Source of the DNA: Octopus sinensis
Taxonomy: Eukaryota
Assembly: GCF_006345805.1 (NCBI RefSeq)
Contig: NC_042999.1
Location: 62,000,001-62,064,000, forward strand
Reading direction: 5' to 3'
DNA: 64,000 nucleotides
Shown here: positions 1 to 12,264 of the stretch, in pieces
Layout of the letters: every line of letters starts with the position of its first letter
How positions within the stretch are numbered: position 1 is the stretch's first letter
Notes under the pieces: model-generated
What the model was told of the DNA's origin: nothing
Databases searched by the model: none
The model's input: the letters and a program-made list of their open reading frames with translations, nothing else
Program-made: the position numbers and the translations under genes

Positions 1-268
1 GGTGTGTGTGTAAGAAAAACATTTTCTAACGGAAAAGTATCCCATTAAAATGAATCATCATTTACGTAACTCTTTTTTAAAATCACTGTGGATAAATGCC
101 GGTAATGGCCTTCTCAGGCTCTCCAATATTTTAATTTCCAAACAGAAACAATCGGGGGCTGGAAGTGGGGTTGCAAAAAATTCATAATTTTCGTTTTTAT
201 AACATATAAATGTATTTATGGGGGAAGAAAAAGAGCTGAAAGACATCAATACATGCAAGAGTGATAAG

Positions 269-341
269 AGACCACGACGAGATTCGAACTCGCAATCGTT
301 TGATTCGAAGCCAGACGCCTTACCCATTAGGCCACGCGGTC
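269..341 (-). tRNA. tRNA-Arg(UCG), degenerate copy (probable pseudogene)
   Basis: Minus strand reads GACCGCGTGGCCTAATGGGTAAGGCGTCTGGCTTCGAATCAAACGATTGCGAGTTCGAATCTCGTCGTGGTCT. It has a cloverleaf with TCG anticodon, but the anticodon stem (TCTGG/TCAAA) has a C-A mismatch and it differs from the intact copy at 10974-11046 at several positions. Confidence 0.75.
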
Positions 342-714
342 ACCTGATGGCGGCCGTCTTTAATTTATAGACATTCACGACATTGTTTCATTATGTTTAC
401 ATATTTATTTGTATATATTTTTAATATCTCTCGCTACGTACACGTCTATTGATTTATCTATAAACACACCAACGTATCTAGCAATCTGTCTGTTTGTGTA
501 ATTAACTATCATAACTTCTTTCTATTCTGCCAGGGTATTATCTGTCTATTCTCATAATGCTTGTAAGCATTTAAACCTAATAATAAAAAAATTATTAATG
601 TCAATGCCTCGGCATGGTGAAATAATTTTTAGTCCAATGAATTGATCTCAGCACTTATGTTTTTTAAGGCCTGGTACCTATTCTGTGGTTCGCTTTTACT
701 GTGGTGGGGGATGA

Positions 715-1550
715 ACACAGACACAAAACACCAGTATACAGTATATACTCTGACATCCCTCACACATAAAAAAAAACATTCCATACAGCATAGTAATATG
801 CACCTGCGCTATAGTGATTGACCCCAAAATATGTGAAATCCGACTCAACGAACTCAAAGACTTCCTCACAATGCAGAAATACCCCTTAGGATTAATTAAG
901 AAGAGCATTAAAAAGTCGATGAAGCTAAGCATCGCCCAACTGCGGACACCCAAGAAAAAAATTAATGAGCACACGACCCAGTTTGTTAACACACACGGTC
1001 CTGGGATAACCAAAATCTTTCACGTCATAAAATCAAACTTAACTATACTCCCACAAAGTCCCATAATGAAAAGTCTGATTTAAAAAAAACCCTTACGGAA
1101 TAGTAGACGCCAACCAAAAAATCTTTTAAAAAACACCTCACAAAAGCAGAATTCACATCAGAGAATGAATCAGAATTCTTAGTAAAAGAATGTGGAGATA
1201 GGAGATGTGGACCATGCAACAACATCTTTAAAAACTTAGAAAGTGGTTCTCACATTAAATTCAAGGGCGTATTCTCGTTCAAAATAAATGCAGATATGAA
1301 CTGCAAAACGCAGAACCTCATATATTGCATTACCTGCACCAACTGCAAAGAAAATTACATTGGCGAAACAAATAATTTCCTCTGCCAACGTGCGAGAATA
1401 CACTAGCAGCATATCCGTTAAGCAAGCATCTGGAAACAGGAAGCGACAGAAAATTCAAAATCTTTCCCTTTTACAAACGTTTACGAGAAGACCCGCAAAA
1501 GCGAAAAGCAATGGAGCTACACTTCTTCGAAACTTTCTCTACAAAATTGA
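715..1550 (+). pseudogene. Penelope-like element fragment: RT C-terminus plus GIY-YIG endonuclease, disrupted
   Basis: Frames join to give HIKKNIPYS...CEIRLNELKDFL...KYPLGLIKKSI, then KECGDRRCGPC...MNCKTQNLIYCITCTNCKENYIGETNNFLCQRARIH. This is the CxxC linker and GIY-YIG (LIY...YIG) layout typical of PLEs. Stops and frameshifts are present. Confidence 0.85.
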
Positions 1551-1774
1551 ATGTTTGAAAGAAAAGCGAAGAATTTGCATTTTTTATTGTAAATGTAGCT
1601 CAAATATTAAAAACAGGATACTCATCTCTATAAATATTCAGGTACCTATATATATGTATATATATATATATATATAACGGGAAGCTTTATGAAAATAGAC
1701 AAAAGACGAAGGCAGGTGGAAAACAAACGAACAATTGTATTAGTATGGCGCTCAGGAAATATAAATAAAACAAG

Positions 1775-1812
1775 TCTTTAACGTTTCGAGCCTACGCTCT
1801 TCAACAGAAAGA
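1775..1812 (-). ncRNA. Minimal type I hammerhead-like motif (CUGUUGA core variant) in a (TA)n-flanked pLTR-like element
   Basis: TCTTT CTGTTGA A GAGC GTAG GCTC GAAA CG T T AAAGA: 5-bp stem I, 4-bp stem II, palindromic ACGT stem III. Confidence 0.55.
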
Positions 1813-2262
1813 TACACAGAGAGAAAAAAAACACAGAAAGAAGGAGAGAAAAAAAATGCGTGCAGTAGCTAACGAATCAACATGGCGATCTGATTTCAGC
1901 CAGAGGTCAAAGATCAAACATGAGACGCGAGAGCGAAATAAGGGGAGATAATAGGGTTGATAATAGGGTTGAAGGACCAGCTAATAGTGCGTAGGAGGGG
2001 GGTGAGTGTGTATACTCTTTTACTCTTACTTGTTTCAGCCATTTGACAGTGGCTATGCTGGAGCACCACCTTTAATCGAGCAAATCGACCCCAGGACTTA
2101 TTCTTTGTAAGCCTAGTACTTATTCTATCGGTCTCTTTTGCGAACCGCTAATATACGGGGATGTAAACACACCAGCATTGGTTGTCAAGCGAAGTTGGGT
2201 TGACAAACAGAGACACAAAACATATGCACACACACACACACACCACACAAACACATACATAT

Positions 2263-2293
<31 letters not shown>

Positions 2294-2327
2294 TATATAT
2301 ACATACAGATATATGTATATATATATA

Positions 2328-2401
<74 letters not shown>

Positions 2402-2509
2402 CATAACAAATATAAGCATAACAAATGCGCAACCGGTAAAAAGAACTTTCACCTAATTAAATTACTTAAATTACTTAAAATTATTTGTCAGCATTTTCTT
2501 CATTTCCTT

Positions 2510-2591
<82 letters not shown>

Positions 2592-2980
2592 AAACAAGTC
2601 AAAAATAGAAAATGCTAAGATAATTAGGTGGAGAAGTAGAAGAAGAAGAAGATGACGATGTTGATGATGATGAAGAAGAATGACAGAAGAAGAAGAAGAA
2701 GAAGAAGAAGAAGAAGAAGAAGAAGAAGAAGAAGAGAGAAGAAGAAGAAGAAGAAGAAGGAGAAGGAGAAGATGATGATGATGATGGTGGTGATGATGAT
2801 GACGACGATGATGATGATAATGATGATGATGAAGAAAAAGAGGAAGAAGAAGAAAAAAACAGAGAAGGGAGAATATGAATGGGTGAAAGTATAGCTGTGA
2901 TGGGGCTGATTAGTAATGGATTCTATGGAATGTAATATTTGTGTGTGTATATATTTCTTTTATTCTAAAGTTGAGGTATA

Positions 2981-3388
2981 TTAATTGTTTGTCGTAGACC
3001 CGTTAAGGAGTGGCCTGTATTTTGTAATAAAGAGATTTTCTTTACTTATTCGTTGTCTCGAGGTTGTATCGTCCCTAAATTGGTAGAGGGGGAAAATCCT
3101 GAAGTTTGGTGTTTTTTTGTTGGCGCAAGTATCTATGTGTTGGCTAAAAGCTATTTTTCTGTTTTGAGGAATTTTTATCTGGGATCTGTGCAGGGCCATT
3201 CGTTTACGCAAACCATTTTTTGTTTGGCCTATGTACTGCTCTTGACACCCGGAGCAGGTTAGTGAGTATATTAGGTTCTCCGAAGCACATGTGAAGTTGC
3301 TTTTCACTGTAAACCGTTGTCCCTGTTTGAAGGAGAACTCTGATCCCTCAATAGATAGTCGCATATCCCGCAATTGGGTCTTCCACAT
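2981..3388 (-). pseudogene. GIY-YIG endonuclease domain of the Penelope-like element
   Basis: ORF track: FTCASENLIYSLTCSGCQEQYIGQTKNGLRKRMALHRSQI...KENLFITKYRPLLN. Confidence 0.85.
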
Positions 3389-4390
3389 TTTTTTACTGTC
3401 GGCTTCTGTGTTGAAGAGTGAATTCGGGCTTGTGTTAGGAGACTTTTCATGGATCTAGGCTGTCTTTTGCTTTTTATGATCGTGTGTGTTGGAGGATTGT
3501 GTTCATTCTGTGGTTTTTTTAGGAGGGGTATGTTGTGGAGGATGTTTCCGAAGGCTTCGTTATTGGGAGGGTTGTGTGTGGAGATGTATGGTAAGGCTTT
3601 TGGTTGTAAGTTTTTCTTTGATTTGGGATGTCTCAGTTCCTTGATGTTAAGTTGAAGGGCACGTTGAATGCACTTGTCAATAAGTGAAGGTGGATAGTTC
3701 CTGGTGATAAGGGTATCTTTTAGTTCTTGTAGTCGTGTGTCTCTGGTGTTTGCGTTAGAGACTATAGTGCATATCCTTTTTGCTAGATTGAAGGGGATAT
3801 TAATCCTGGTGTGTCTGGGGTGGCATGAATTGAATGGAAGATATTGCTTAGAGTCTGTAGGCTTATAGTATATGTCTGTTTCTATTATATTATTAGCTTT
3901 CTTAATGAGGATATCGAGAAGGGGAGTTGTTGCTGGCTATATTCCATCGTGAATTGGATGTTTACGTCCAGTCCGTTTAAAATTTCCTGGAATTCTATGA
4001 GTTTTTCTATATTTTTATGCCATCATCATCATCATCAACATCGTCATCTTCTTCTTCTTCTACTTCTCCACCTTCTACCCCTTAACCTTGTCACTAATGC
4101 CTTTCACTAATGCAAATTCCATAAACAATTCCTGAATTGAATTGCGACTGCTGTCAGCCACTGACCATTCAAAATACGACCATCAAGGCATTCCCAGATT
4201 TCCCCACCCCCTCTCCACATCAGCCTTCTGCTTCTCCTACCCTACCAAGAACTCACAACGACCTCGAACACACAAGTGCAAACAAGGGAGTCAGAGAAAG
4301 GCAGAATGCCACTTATATCTGAACACTACTATAGAAATATTCCCTTAAAAAACTTTTCTTCTAATTTTTCTAAATTTAATTATTTAATCG

Positions 4391-4434
4391 TTACAGTTGA
4401 AAAGGTCTCAAAATGACCGAAACCGGTACTGAAA
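4391..4434 (+). ncRNA. Degenerate minimal hammerhead in the inverted pLTR
   Basis: CAG TTGAAAA GGTC TCAAAAT GACC GAAA CCGG T A CTG: stems I and II and palindromic ACCGGT stem III are intact, but the core is mutated at two positions (TTGAAAA vs CTGANGA). Confidence 0.5.
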
Positions 4435-4517
4435 GATTCACTATAAAATTATCTTAGTATTTTCTATTTTTGACTTGTTTTTTCATATATATCAACTCGT
4501 GTGTTCCTTTCCACCCT

Positions 4518-4553
<36 letters not shown>

Positions 4554-4568
4554 CATACATACATGTAA

Positions 4569-4621
<53 letters not shown>

Positions 4622-4681
4622 CCATGATAGATCGTTAGCCACTACACACATTTTTTTTCTCTCCTTGTTTTTTCTGTCTAC

Positions 4682-4717
4682 CTTTATGTAGAAGAGCGTA
4701 GGCTCGAAACGTAAAAG
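4682..4717 (+). ncRNA. Minimal hammerhead-like motif (same family as 1775 and 28543), C3 mutated
   Basis: CTTT ATGTAGA A GAGC GTAG GCTC GAAA CG T A AAAG within a ~190-bp element (about 4620-4810) flanked by (TA)n. Confidence 0.45.
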
Positions 4718-4808
4718 ACGTTTTCTATTCCTGAGCGTTATACTAATACATTTGTTTGTTTTGTACACCACCTGTCTTCGTTTTTTGTTTTTTTTCGTAA
4801 ACTTTCCC

Positions 4809-4842
<34 letters not shown>

Positions 4843-5202
4843 ATATATATAAATGCATATATAGCATTGGGATATTCTAGCTTTACGCATTTTTCTAATT
4901 TGTAAATATTGTTTGTTCATGCGAAACATGAAATTGAAAGACACCTTAAGGAAAGGAAAAAAAATACACTCTTACTGTTGTTTCTGCTCCACTATTTATA
5001 GCATGATTTGCAAATGTTGTACTAATGTTTTTACATAGAAAAACATGAAATTAAAAGAAACCTGACTTTATTTTTCAATGCAAAACAGTGTAGACATAGA
5101 CACATTTCCAAACACATGCACTCATAGGCACACATACGCATACACACGCATGCACACTCATACACACACACACACACACACAGACACACAACACACACAC
5201 AC

Positions 5203-5237
<35 letters not shown>

Positions 5238-5238
<1 letters not shown>

Positions 5239-5580
5239 TTAAATTTTCTTGGAACCTTTTATCTTCCCTCTGGCACCTTAAGAAAAAGAATAAAAAAAGG
5301 AAAAACGGAAAAAAGAAGAAAGAAAAAAAATGCTCTCAATGTTGATCGTACCCCATCCTAGGAAAGATTACCGTCCTTGAGATCATTTCAATAGAATGGT
5401 AAATGACTAAATAAATAAATAAATGGAAGTCAAAATTGAAGGGGGGGCTCCTTCCCCCTCTCTACCTAATGTTTCTGTCTGGTTACCTATTTGCCTGTCT
5501 GTCTATCTATCTATCCAACTATCTATCTATTACCTATCAATCTAACTATCTTTCTAGTTACCTATCTATCTACCTCCCTA

Positions 5581-5635
<55 letters not shown>

Positions 5636-6175
5636 GTATGTATGTATGTATATATATATACATACACACAACCACACAACACACACACACACACACACAC
5701 ACATACATATATATATAAATATTTAATTTTCTTGGAACCTTTTATCTTCCCTCTGGCACCTTAAGAAAAAGAATAAAAAAGGAAAAACGGAAAAAAGAAG
5801 AAAGAAAAAAAATGCTCTCAATGTTGATCGTACCCCATCCTAGGAAAGATTACCGTCCTTGAGATCATTTCAATAGAATGGTAAATGACTAAATAAATAA
5901 ATAAATGGAAGTCAAAATTGAAGGGGGGTCCTTCCCCCTCTCTACCTAATGTTTCTGTCTGGTTACCTATTTGCCTGTCTGTCTATCTAATATTCCAAAC
6001 TATCTATCTATTTACCTATCAATCTAACTATCTTTCTAGTTACCTATCTATCTACCCCCTATCTAATATATATATATATATATAATATATATATATATAT
6101 ATAATATATATATAATATGTAGTATGTATGTATATATATATACATACACAAAACCACACACACTCACACACACAC
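5238..6175. repeat. Tandem duplication of a ~490-bp block including its microsatellites
   Basis: AAATTTTCTTGGAACCTTTTATCTTCCCTCTGGCACC... occurs at ~5240 and ~5726 with near-identical downstream sequence, followed by (CTAT)n, (TA)n and (CA)n in both copies. Confidence 0.85.
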
Positions 6176-6198
6176 ATGGAATTTGGTGAGTGGTGCCG

Positions 6199-6251
6199 AT
6201 CCTACTGAAGAGGCTTTGATCTCTAAAGTGAAACCGTCGACGGTATAGGGT
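6199..6251 (+). ncRNA. Type I hammerhead ribozyme, core intact, palindromic stem III
   Basis: ATCCTA CTGAAGA G GCTTT GATCTCT AAAGT GAAA CCGTCGACGG T A TAGGGT: 6-bp stem I, 5-bp stem II, GAAA, perfect 12-nt palindrome ACCGTCGACGGT, GUA cleavage triplet. Confidence 0.75.
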
Positions 6252-6380
6252 ATCACGACTGCCGATTACGGTCGTTCTCAGTATGTATGTATACAATTAT
6301 GTGTATGTATGTGTATATGTACATATATATGTATATACATATATGTAGCGGGTATGATTCTTGACCACTACTTCTGGTCT

Positions 6381-6560
6381 GATCTGAGTGTAGCCCTTAA
6401 AAGGACGGTTATCGCAATTAGATCATATCCAAGAATAGTCCTAAAAAGGACTGTTATCGTAATTAGATCAGATCTGAGAGTAGTCCTAAAAAGGACTGTT
6501 ATCGTATTCAGATCAGACTTGAATTAGCCCTGAAAAGGACTGTGGTCGTAATCAGCAAAA
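6381..6560. repeat. Four 45-bp tandem units inside the LTR
   Basis: Units start at 6381, 6426, 6471 and 6516. Each carries an AGTCCT-AAAA-AGGACT-type inverted repeat (perfect in units 2 and 3). Confidence 0.85.
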
Positions 6561-7203
6561 CTGGACAGACGAAAGCAGTAGTTGAAATGACAAGCAGACA
6601 AGAAGTGTAAGTTTATACAGCGATTTATTTCAAGCGTGAAATAGCAGTACAAAGGTTCGATGCGGCGTGAGTGGCGAGCGTGGCAGGCGAGAGGGACACG
6701 ATTTACATCAGTCGAGTGCCAAAAACCAACTGCCTTTACAGCGATTTATGATGTCTATTTATACAAAAATATCAGCAGTGATGTTTAGCCAGTGTCCAAT
6801 AGAATGGCAGGTAGGTAGCTTTTGTCCAATGAAAGGTCAGGCAAGTCGCTGGGGTAGTTGCTTTGTTTTTCTCTGGTGATGACAAATGTATTTCCGGTGT
6901 CCGTGCAATTTACTTCCGGTGACTGTACATAGCCCTCTGCCAGATCTTTTGTACAACAAAAGAGCGACAAATCGTACAGTGATGAGTCAGAGAAAAAGAA
7001 AAAAAAATTATATATAACACAGATAAAATGAACTACAAAATGATGAATGAGCCTGTTGGATTTGGGTTGATCTGCCTGTGGATTGCGTAACAAAAAGTCC
7101 CACGGGCAGAGAAACTACCGGTAATAAATAATGTTTGTAATAAATAATGTTTTTCGTGACAATGACAACATGAGCACATGGTCACTAAATGGTACAGGAA
7201 AGA

Positions 7204-10186
7204 TTAGAAACAAGCAATATAGGAATGTTTCGCAAGAAGCATGCTTGTGAAACGATATTTCACGTATTGTGCCAACTTGGCGGGCCAATGGACACGTCGT
7301 CCACTTCTTGTGACTGGGGATGAAACAGGTGGTTTGCTGGGAATGCAAGCTGCTGGAGTAATCGTGTCCATGATGGCTTTTTTTAATCTGTCCACACTGA
7401 CAGAATTCTGTTTACCATTTTGATCGATAACAAAATATTTTGGGTGTGTTTCTAGGACACGGTAAGGGCCAGAATATGGAGGTTGAAGATTAGTGGAGAT
7501 GGTGTCATTTCTAACAAAAACGTGTGTCCAATCGCTAATGTCTGCAGGTACATGTGTGTTCGTGTTCTGTTGACGAGTGCTCGCAGGGGCAAGGTGAGAC
7601 ATGTATTGACGAAGTCGGTGTACGTATGATCTTGGGTCTGGAACGTCCTGAGGAGAGATGGGAGCAACCATCTGACCAGGTAGAACCAGGGTGGTGCCGT
7701 ACACTAATTCTGCAGGAGTGTGTCCGAATTGTTCCTTAACGGTGGAACGGATGCCAAGAAGGATGAGTGGCAGGTATTCAAACCAGTGGGTCTTGTCTGG
7801 GTACGCCTTTATTGCAGCTTTCAATTGACGATGGAATCTTTCCACAAGACCATTAGCTTGCGGGTGATAAGCTGTTGTGCGGATGTGTTTACATCCTAAC
7901 AGACGAGTCAGTTCCCTGAAGAGATGGGAATCAAATTGGCGTCCTCTGTCTGTTGTTATATTTGCTGGGGCGCCATAACGTGATACCCAGTGTAAAACCA
8001 AAGTTTTAGCCACTGTTTCCGCTGAGGTATCACTTATAGGAAAAGCCTCAGGCCAACGGGAAAAACGATCAATGCAGGTGAGCAAGTGAGTGTGATGATG
8101 GTAAAGGTCCGACGATGTCGATATGCACATGCTGAAAACGTGCGTCAGGTTGCGCAAATGTGCCGAGTGGCGTTTTGATGTGTCTGTGGACTTTGGCTTT
8201 CTGGCAGGCAATGCAGCTCCTAGACCAGTCGCGCACGTCCTTGTTAATGTTGTTTCTGTGTAGCCCGGATTCCCGGTTGAGACAGTGTAATGCAGAAAAA
8301 ACTTGTTGTCGATGCATCTGTGGTACGTACGGTCGTTCATGACCAGTAGAAATGTCGCACCAAATTTGTCCCGGAGAAGAAGGAATGGGAACTTGCTGAA
8401 ACTTGAGGGATGGCGAATCTCGGAGTTCGATAAACTCTTCGTCAGTCTCTTGGTCAGCTGCAATTTGATGAAGGTCGATGCCTGAATCCACATGTATTGC
8501 GTTCAGCTGGATTCGGGACAGAGCGTCAGCTGCTACGTTGTCTGATCCCTTGATATGCCGAATATTGGTTGAATATTGGGAGACAAAGTCCAAGTGGCGA
8601 AGTTCTCTCGGTGAATGTCGATCCGGTTTGGTACGGAACGCAAATAACTAGTGGTTTATGGTCCGTGTAGATCACGAAATCCGATCCTTCGAGCAGCATG
8701 TGACGAAAATGCTTCACTGAAAGGTAGGTTGCAAGAGTTCACAGCCGAACGTACTATATTTGGTTTCAGTGGGTTGCAACCGCTTAGAAAAGAAGGATAA
8801 GGGTTGCCAAACGCCGTCGACATATTGTTGCAAAACGCCTCCAACCGCCATGTCTGATCCGTCCACTAGCAGCGAAAGAGGAGCGCCACACCTGGGGAAA
8901 ACGAGCATGGAAGCGTTTGCCAGCATTTCTTTCAGACCGTTGAAAGATGTTAATTCTTCCTCGTTCAACGTTATGTCTTCATTTTTCCGAGTCCGGTTGC
9001 GAAGAAGGTCCGTAAGGAGTCGGGCTGCGTCAGCACAATGAGGGATGAAACGCCTATAAAAATTAACCAAACTGAGGAATTCTCGTAGTTTCCGAAGTGA
9101 TGTAGGTGCTGGAAAATTGCGGATATCGTCTACTTTCTCAGGAAGTGGACGAATGCCGTCTTTATCAATCATGTGCCCGAGAAAGGACAGTGAAGGAACG
9201 CCGAGAACGCACTTGCTTGGGTTGATGATGATGCCGTACTCGGCCAAACGTTGGAACAGAAGATCCAAGTGCTTCTCGTGTTCTTGCTCAGAAGTACTTG
9301 CTACTAGTACATCATTGATATACGCGTACACAAAGGTAGGTCACGTAATACGGTGTCAATGAACGTTGAAAAGTGTGGCAGCGTTGCGCAGACCGAACGG
9401 CATTCGCAGGAATTCGAATAAACCGAACGGTGTTGTGATTGCCATCTTTGGAATATCAGCGCTCCCCAAGGTATCTGGTTATATGCCCGCACCAATCTAT
9501 ATTAGAAAAATGCGAAAGCCTGCAGCAGCGCTTGCGAGAGGCAGAAAATCGTGCAAGTGAAGTACAGGGTAATTATCGGGCACTGTGGTATTGTTGAGTG
9601 CACGATAATCTCCACATGGTCGCCAGTCGTTCTCTGTTTTTTGGGGAACAAGGTGTAGAGGTGCAGAACAGTTGCTAGAGGAAGGGCGAATGATTCCAAG
9701 GCCCAGCATGTGCTGAAATTCCTGTTTGGCGATTCGCAATCGGTCTGGAGGCAGTCTCCTTGGTCGGGCAGCTGTGGGTGGTCCTCGTGTCTCGATGTGA
9801 TGTGTGACACGATGTTTAATGGGTCCATCTTTACATACCGGGCTAGTGATGTCTGGATATTTCTGGAGTATGCTGTTGTAACGCGAAGGCTCTGACTGAC
9901 AGATTACAGGGCTCACTGTCGGTTGCGTGGTAAATATACCTCTCACAGAGAGGTTTGTGGTGGTGTCAATAAGCCTCCGGTTCTTCATGTTACCAGAAGG
10001 TTGAAGTGGTGGAGAAAATCGGCTCCTAAGATAGGGGTCGGTAGGTCTGCCACGACGAAAATGAACTGGAAACGACGCCTCAGGCCTAGATTCAGGGTCA
10101 GTGATTTCTCACCGAAAGTCGGAATTGAGGACGGTGTTGGATGTCGTTTGCCCGAGACTAGTGAAACAGGAATAACACTAACCTGG
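7204..10186 (-). pseudogene. Gypsy pol remnant (protease, RT, RNase H, integrase) with frameshifts
   Basis: PR: QVSVIP...[21 protein letters not shown]: [22 protein letters not shown], with YINDVLV in place of YxDD. RH: LLVDGSDMAVGGVLQQ...VAADALSR. IN: [51 protein letters not shown]. Confidence 0.92.
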
Positions 10187-10451
10187 GCGATTTATGATGA
10201 CTATTTATACAAAAATATCAGCAGTGATATTTAGCCAGTGTCCAATAGAATGGCAGGTAGGTAGCTTTTGTCCAATGAAAGGTCAGGCAAGTCGCTGGGG
10301 GTAGTTGCTTTGTTTTTCTCTGGTGATGGCAGATGTATTTCCGGTGTCCGTGCAAGTTACTTCCGATGAATTTACCAAATATATATATATATCTATATAT
10401 ATATATATTTATATATATATAATCTATATATATATATATATATATATATAC

Positions 10452-10668
10452 GAGGGATGGATAAGAAATCCTGGTTTTAAGGGTATCGCGAAACGCCTGG
10501 CTGGTGCTCAACCTCCTGAGTTCTTTTACAGGGCCTAGAAAAACTGGAGGGCCGCTGCAATGAGTGTGAGATTCTGGCAGGGTACTATGTTGAATAAAAT
10601 CATAACTGGGTCTTCTGTATTTTCTTTTGCCCAAAGCCAAGAAGTTTTCAACACCCCACTCCCCGTAT
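10452..10668 (+). mobile_element. Short mariner-derived non-autonomous element
   Basis: Begins TA|CGAGGGATGGATAAGAAATCCTGG and ends CCAAGAAGTTTTCAACACCCC...CGTA. The interior encodes a mariner C-terminus-like GLEKLEGRCNECEILAGYYVE*. Confidence 0.6.
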
Positions 10669-10973
10669 ATACGACAGGTTTCTTTCCGTTTCCGTCTACT
10701 AAATCCACACCCAAAAGTTCGGTCTGTCCGAGGATATAGCAGAAGACCCTACCCAAAGTGCCATGTGATTTGAAAGAAAGCTTCTTACTACACTACCACA
10801 CCTGTACCTATTAAAATATTCTACACAGAATGGGATTCTACCAGTTTCCATCTTCCAAATTTACTCACAAGGATTTGGTTGCCCCAGTGCTATGATTGGA
10901 ACTTAACATGTGGATGGGAAGCAAACTTCTCAGTTACACGCTTTATATTAGGATATAAAAAAATAACACTCAT

Positions 10974-11046
10974 CGACCACGACGAGACTCGAACTCGCAA
11001 TCTTCTGATTCGAAGTCAGACGCCTTATCCATTAGGCTACGCGGCC
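10974..11046 (-). tRNA. tRNA-Arg(UCG), intact
   Basis: GGCCGCGTAGCCTAATGGATAAGGCGTCTGACTTCGAATCAGAAGATTGCGAGTTCGAGTCTCGTCGTGGTCG: all four arms pair (including G-U), A and B boxes are present, and a T7 Pol III terminator lies at 10957-10963. Confidence 0.95.
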
Positions 11047-11224
11047 ACCTGCTAATATACACTGTCATTTATACATCTATTTCCACTATTCCTGTAATTT
11101 GAAAATATAAATGCAGAACAATACAGATTTCTCCCCAACCTCTATCTCTCTCACTCTCTCGCTTTCTCTCTCCCCCTCTCTCTCTCTCCCTCTCTCTCTC
11201 TCTCGATATATATATATATATATA

Positions 11225-11269
<45 letters not shown>

Positions 11270-11399
11270 CTTATATATATATAATATAATTCTTTTATTT
11301 TTTATTTCAGTCATTTTACTGCTAATATATATAGTGGAGGTTATCTACTCCTTATGCAGAGTTTGACCACCTTCTGTACATACACTTCAGTACCATCAT

Positions 11400-11545
11400 G
11401 GCATCTGACACCCACATAGATTGCATATCCGATTTGGACCACCAAGAGCTGCAGATAAGTTCTGATCTTTGTGAGTCTTAAATGTCTTTTAAGGCCTCCG
11501 CTCGATTTGCAAATCTTCTGGCATACACTGCATTCAGAAAGGCAT
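11400..11545 (-). pseudogene. C2H2 zinc-finger remnant, probably the 3' end of an RTE-type LINE ORF
   Basis: Minus-strand translation ECSVCQKICKSSGGLKRHLR, then a frameshift, then ICNLCG. It is isolated between (TA)n tracts. Confidence 0.4.
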
Positions 11546-11811
11546 GCACAGTCATATAGGCAGAATATATATATATATTGACCCCTAGACAGAAGATAAA
11601 CTGTTTTTAATTCAAATTTTTATAAATTTTTACTGATATTTGATGAAATTTATCATCGAAACCGGTAATATTTTCTTTAAATATTTTTTTTTTAATTTTT
11701 CTTAAATTCCTTCTTAAATTGAAATGTCTTAGGCTTATTCCTGTGCTATTTCCACCTTCATCTTTTATATATAAGAATTAGAGTTGTATAGATCTCTAAT
11801 CTCTTTCCCCC

Positions 11812-11861
<50 letters not shown>

Positions 11862-11981
11862 TATATATATATTATATATTCTATATATATATATATTATA
11901 TATATTATATATATATTATATTATATATTATTTATATATGTATATATGCATATATATATTAATATATGTGTATATATGCAT

Positions 11982-12067
<86 letters not shown>

Positions 12068-12175
12068 ATATATATATAAAATATATATATATATGTATAT
12101 ATATAGAGAGAGAGATAGATAGATAGACAGATAGATAGATAGATAGATAGATAGATACATACATACATACATACA

Positions 12176-12209
<34 letters not shown>

Positions 12210-12264
12210 CATACATACATACTACATACATACATACATACATACATACATACATACATACACA

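Larger units (their letters stand above)
2587..4485 (-). mobile_element. 5'-truncated Penelope-like element with inverted pLTR at its 5' end
   Basis: The coding remnant at 2981-4010 (-) reads FLDILIKK...TDIYYKPTDSKQYLPFNSCHPRHTRINIPFNLAKRICTIVS..., then CGRPNCGIC, then after a frameshift NLIYSLTCSGCQEQYIGQTKNGLRKRMALHRSQI. 4027-4072 (+) is the reverse complement of 2627-2672, and 4447-4485 mirrors 2587-2625. Confidence 0.85.
6344..10377 (-). mobile_element. Ty3/Gypsy LTR retrotransposon (CsRn1/Kabuki-like), internally deleted and decayed
   Basis: 3' LTR at 6344-6929 (TGTA...TACA termini). PPT GGCAGAGGGCTA at 6930-6941 (-). Partial 5' LTR at 10187-10377 matches 6741-6929. Domain order on the minus strand is PR-RT-RH-IN. 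Confidence 0.92.
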
